From Tubulanus polymorphus (taxonomy: Eukaryota; Animalia; Nemertea), in NCBI RefSeq assembly GCF_964204645.1, contig NC_134034.1:12536962-12600961 (forward strand): a stretch of 64,000 bases of DNA, in the 5' to 3' direction. A program made the position numbers and the translations under genes. The notes below the pieces were generated by a model. It had not been told where the DNA came from. It searched no databases and was given only the letters and a program-made list of their open reading frames with translations. Shown here piece after piece: positions 60,701-64,000 of the stretch (positions within the stretch are counted from its first letter, which is position 1; every line of letters begins with the position of its first letter).

Positions 60701-63617
60701 TTATTGTAGTATACAGGCTTGCGAGGTATTCTGACCGAGATTGTCCGAACGGGCGCGGTTCATCTGTTGTATCATCCGAACGGCTGCTCGTAATCTGTGA
60801 CTGTTCTGACGTAAACTTTCCTCGACGTCCTTCAACTTTGAACAAAACAATCGCACGAAACATTATTCTAAATTTCACGTCTAAATTACGATGAATATTT
60901 GACGATGGTATAACGACTGATTCAATACCTGCAGTGTGTTCTTTTTCTTGCCTTTTGCATCTTGTATCAACGAACGAATTTTACTCTGAAAAATTGTGAG
61001 AAAATTTAGTTCAGTCAGCAGACGGACAGTTGAACGATATACGGCAGTACAGTAATTCAACTTACAACTTTAGCCTCAGAGCGTTCTGCTCGTCGTTTGT
61101 ACATGCTCAATTCAATCATTAACTTCTCTTTTTCCGACGTGGCCTAAAAATAACGAAATCAACTAATTATTCATTACACCATATCGCCCTCTAGGTCCTA
61201 ATCACCAGGGGCCGGTTTTATAGACTGGTGTTAACTTTAACCCGGGGGCTAACTTAATTCATTTTCAATCGAGTTAAGCCCCTTGGGCCAGTTGCACAGT
61301 CGTGACTTAAGTCCAAAAGTGGTCTTAAATCTTAAATGGCTTAGACTTAAGACCAGTCTAAGACCAATTTAGTTCTATAGGGTTAGGGTTAGGGTTAGGC
61401 CAATCTAACAACTTAAGATCAGTCTTAAGATTTAAGACCACTTTTGGACTTAAGTCGTGACTATGCAACTGGCCCCAGGTTAAAGATAATACCAGTCTAT
61501 CAAACAGGGCCCAGATAAACGTAAAAAAGAGTTGCATTAATTACAGTGAAATGTTATAGAGTTCATGTTGGAAAAGTATAGACTCCTCCTTCCGATTAGA
61601 TAAACCTCATCACCCGAAGATAACTCATCGTTTCAATCGATCGAGGATTTAAAACGTGCTTGTTGAAAGTGCGGTATAACTGACAGTGATAGTGGAGTGT
61701 GACGATTGTATAACGGGGAGCATCGCGTAATATAATAGATTATGAAGGGAGAATATCGTGTTAAGACTCACCGCGTCGCCTCCGGTCGCCTAAAATAATT
61801 ACAGTTTAAACAATTTATAGAGAAAAAAAAAACATCTTCGGTTTTGACATTTCACTATGCGCAGAGATGGATAGGTGCAAAACATATAGACTCAAGAATT
61901 AACCCACCCCCCTGTGACAAATACTAACTATCCACTAAAAAGCATCTTTCAACCCTACCCCTAACAAATACTATCAGCTAAAGCCTCTTATTCCACAAAT
62001 CAATCCTTCACTTACCCCTTTATTAACTTTATACACAGTTTTCTCGCGCGCCATCAACGCTTTAGTCGGACCAGTTCCAACTTTACCGAGACCTTCTTCT
62101 TTCTGCCGGCCCCAGATTTCAATCACAAGCGGTGATGTCGATAAATACTCCAACAACTAGAAAACAAACCAGGAGTCAATTAGAATGACTCGGGAGTCAA
62201 TTAGAATAACTCGTGTGTTAGCCTTAATGTGAGTTGTATGAATGAACTCAATTTCATAATTTGATGATGTCATAGGGAGATTCATGTAGGCCGCCGTATT
62301 TTAGAAAAGTCATAGATGATTCACTAGGCAAGTTTATGACATCACGACGGAGGCGGCCATCTTTTTGTTTGGTTCGGTTCAGTTTAGGTTATTCGATGAT
62401 ATCTTCAGGGAGAGGCAGCCATCTCATTGTTGATCTATTTGGGCGATTCGATGACATCATAGGGGGATTCATAGAGGCGGCCATGTTGTCAGTATTTACC
62501 TGTTTAGTGACAGCTTTGAACGAGAACAATTTCTCGTATTTGAAGTCCGGATTCGAGGTACCGGTCACCTCTTCGGTTATCGTGTATTTATCATCCAAAT
62601 AAAACTTGAACTGACAAAAACTCTGTAAAAACAAGAACAGCGATATTTGAAAACCCGCGTCGAGAACCTGCGATAAAACTGAGAAACTGACACTGACCTT
62701 GTTAAATTTAACAGGAAGTCCTCGAGCGTGTATTATACACACTTTGAAATACAGACTTTTGCCAATCTTTAAAAAATACAAAACATGTACATTTCAAAAT
62801 TACAAAACATGTACATGCCAAAAATACAAAACATGTACAAGCCAAAACATTTTCAAAACATGATATAAACATGTACATGTCAAAAATACAAAACATGTAA
62901 ATGTCAAAAAATTACAAAACATGCACATGTCAAAAATACAAAACATGTACATGTCAAAAATATAAACATGTACATGTCAAAAAAATAAACATGTACAAGT
63001 CAAATAGAAACGGGTTCACGTTGATGAGATTTGGTATCTATGACTAATGCTTACCAGTTCATCCGGGTCTTCAACAAAATCATCTTCGTTGTCTTTACCA
63101 TCTTTGTTGCAAGGGTTGATTGCAATGGATAAATGTCCTGTAACGCAAATGGAATAACTATCGTAACCATCGACAACAAATAACAACCATAACTATTGAT
63201 AGTTGAACCTAAATCTATATTTTTTTTTGCTCTTCTTTTTTGGTAGAATCGAAGCGTACCTTGTTCTTGTCCTTTAAAATCCGTAATCGCCAAATTCTCT
63301 TCGACTTCGATTAAATACGCCAAAGACTGTAGGTATATATGTACGCTACCGATGAGTACCTCGGAGTTAGCCGGCTCCCAGAAAGGATCCTGTTCCTATA
63401 GTAACGACAACAATACAACAATATCATCGATCGGAAACCCGCGGCGGATATTCCGGGTTTTTTTTTTTAACCGACTGCGTACCTTAGCGACGTCCCAGTC
63501 GTTCCCTTCGATGAAATTCTGATACATCTCCTGCATCAGATATTTACGATTGATGAATTTATTTCGATCCCACATCCATTCGTTACCGTTCTCTAAATTA
63601 CGAACTTTCACGCACAC
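60701..63617 (-). CDS. KIF28P: Kinesin-like protein KIF28 (kinesin-3 family), 3' part only
   Basis: Exons 63617-63483 (WMWDRNKFINRKYLMQEMYQNF, KIF1B-type segment), 63395-63260 (DPFWEP...LIGSVHIYLQSLAYLIE), 63137-63055, 62766-62698, 62622-62500 (C2-like), 62156-62016 (LVIEIWGRQ), 61789-61772 (18-nt microexon), 61143-61066, 60985-60929, 60835-60701 (...SQACILQ*). The motor domain lies beyond the window end. Confidence 0.85.
61378..61399 (+). repeat. Short interstitial telomeric repeat (TTAGGG)n
   Basis: TAGGGTTAGGGTTAGGGTTAGG inside a MITE. Confidence 0.85.
62770..63003. repeat. AT-rich ~23-bp tandem repeat (AAAATACAAAACATGTACATGTC)
   Basis: Directly visible in a KIF28 intron. Confidence 0.9.
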
Positions 63618-63639
63618 CTGAATCAGAAACAAGCGTTGT

Positions 63640-64000
63640 TTCGCTTACGAGGACTTTGCTGCCGCAATCGGATTAGGATTCCAACAATTACCAGGATTAC
63701 AATGAGAATTACGAGGACTCCGCCCGTCTGCTGCGGCAATCGGATTAGGATTCCAACAATTACGAGGATTACAATGAGAATTACGAGGACTCCGCCCGTC
63801 TGCCGCGGCAATCGGATTAGGATTCCACTTACGAGGATTACAATGAGAATTATGAGGACTCCGCCCGTCTGCCGCGGCAATCGGATTAGGATTCCAACAA
63901 TTACGAGGATTACAATGAGAATTACGAGGACTCCGCCCGTCTGCCGCGGCAATCGGATTAGGATTCCAACAATTACGAGGATTACAATGAGAATTACGAG
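63640..64000. repeat. 72-bp tandem repeat, about 5 copies, running off the window end
   Basis: Directly visible; the 24-aa periodic ORF 63623-63952 is its translation. Confidence 0.92.

Noticed and set aside
60678-60878. ORF-track frame for the last KIF28 exon
   Set aside because: The phase-0 donor at 60929 selects a different frame, ending CILQ* at 60701.
63623-63952. Hydrophobic repeat ORF resembling a multi-pass membrane protein
   Set aside because: 72-bp tandem repeat within a KIF28 intron.

Overview
Eukaryotic, AT-rich, intron-rich genomic DNA from a metazoan invertebrate. A marine lophotrochozoan-type genome is inferred from gene content, small GT-AG introns and TTAGGG repeats; the species cannot be determined. 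The ORF track is fragmentary, so gene models were rebuilt by hand from splice sites and reading-frame phase. Left to right: (1) the last exon of an F-type lectin paralogue and a complete secreted signal peptide-TSP1-TSP1-FTP-FTP-FTP lectin gene (+); (2) a complete ~21-exon par-3/bazooka gene (+) with a probable extra alternative exon; (3) a ~3 kb tRNA-like satellite with embedded 176-bp foldbacks; (4) CCDC34 (-), whose 5.9-kb last intron contains an entire opposite-strand Dpy-30/coiled-coil/ankyrin gene; (5) a PNKD-like metallo-beta-lactamase-fold hydrolase (-) head-to-head with two tandem kynurenine formamidase (AFMID) paralogues (+); (6) the 3' half of a KIF28-like kinesin-3 (-) ending in a CaaX box. 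Introns hold several MITE families (CWG-TSD Harbinger-like, TTAA-TSD piggyBac-like, one 6-bp-TSD IS3EU-like), minisatellites, decayed Penelope-type hammerhead motifs and a short telomere-repeat insertion. There is no CRISPR array, rRNA or intact tRNA. No single new multi-gene system is demonstrable. The strongest leads are the nested ciliary gene pair, the satellite/foldback array, the diverging AFMID pair and the alternative Par-3 tail.
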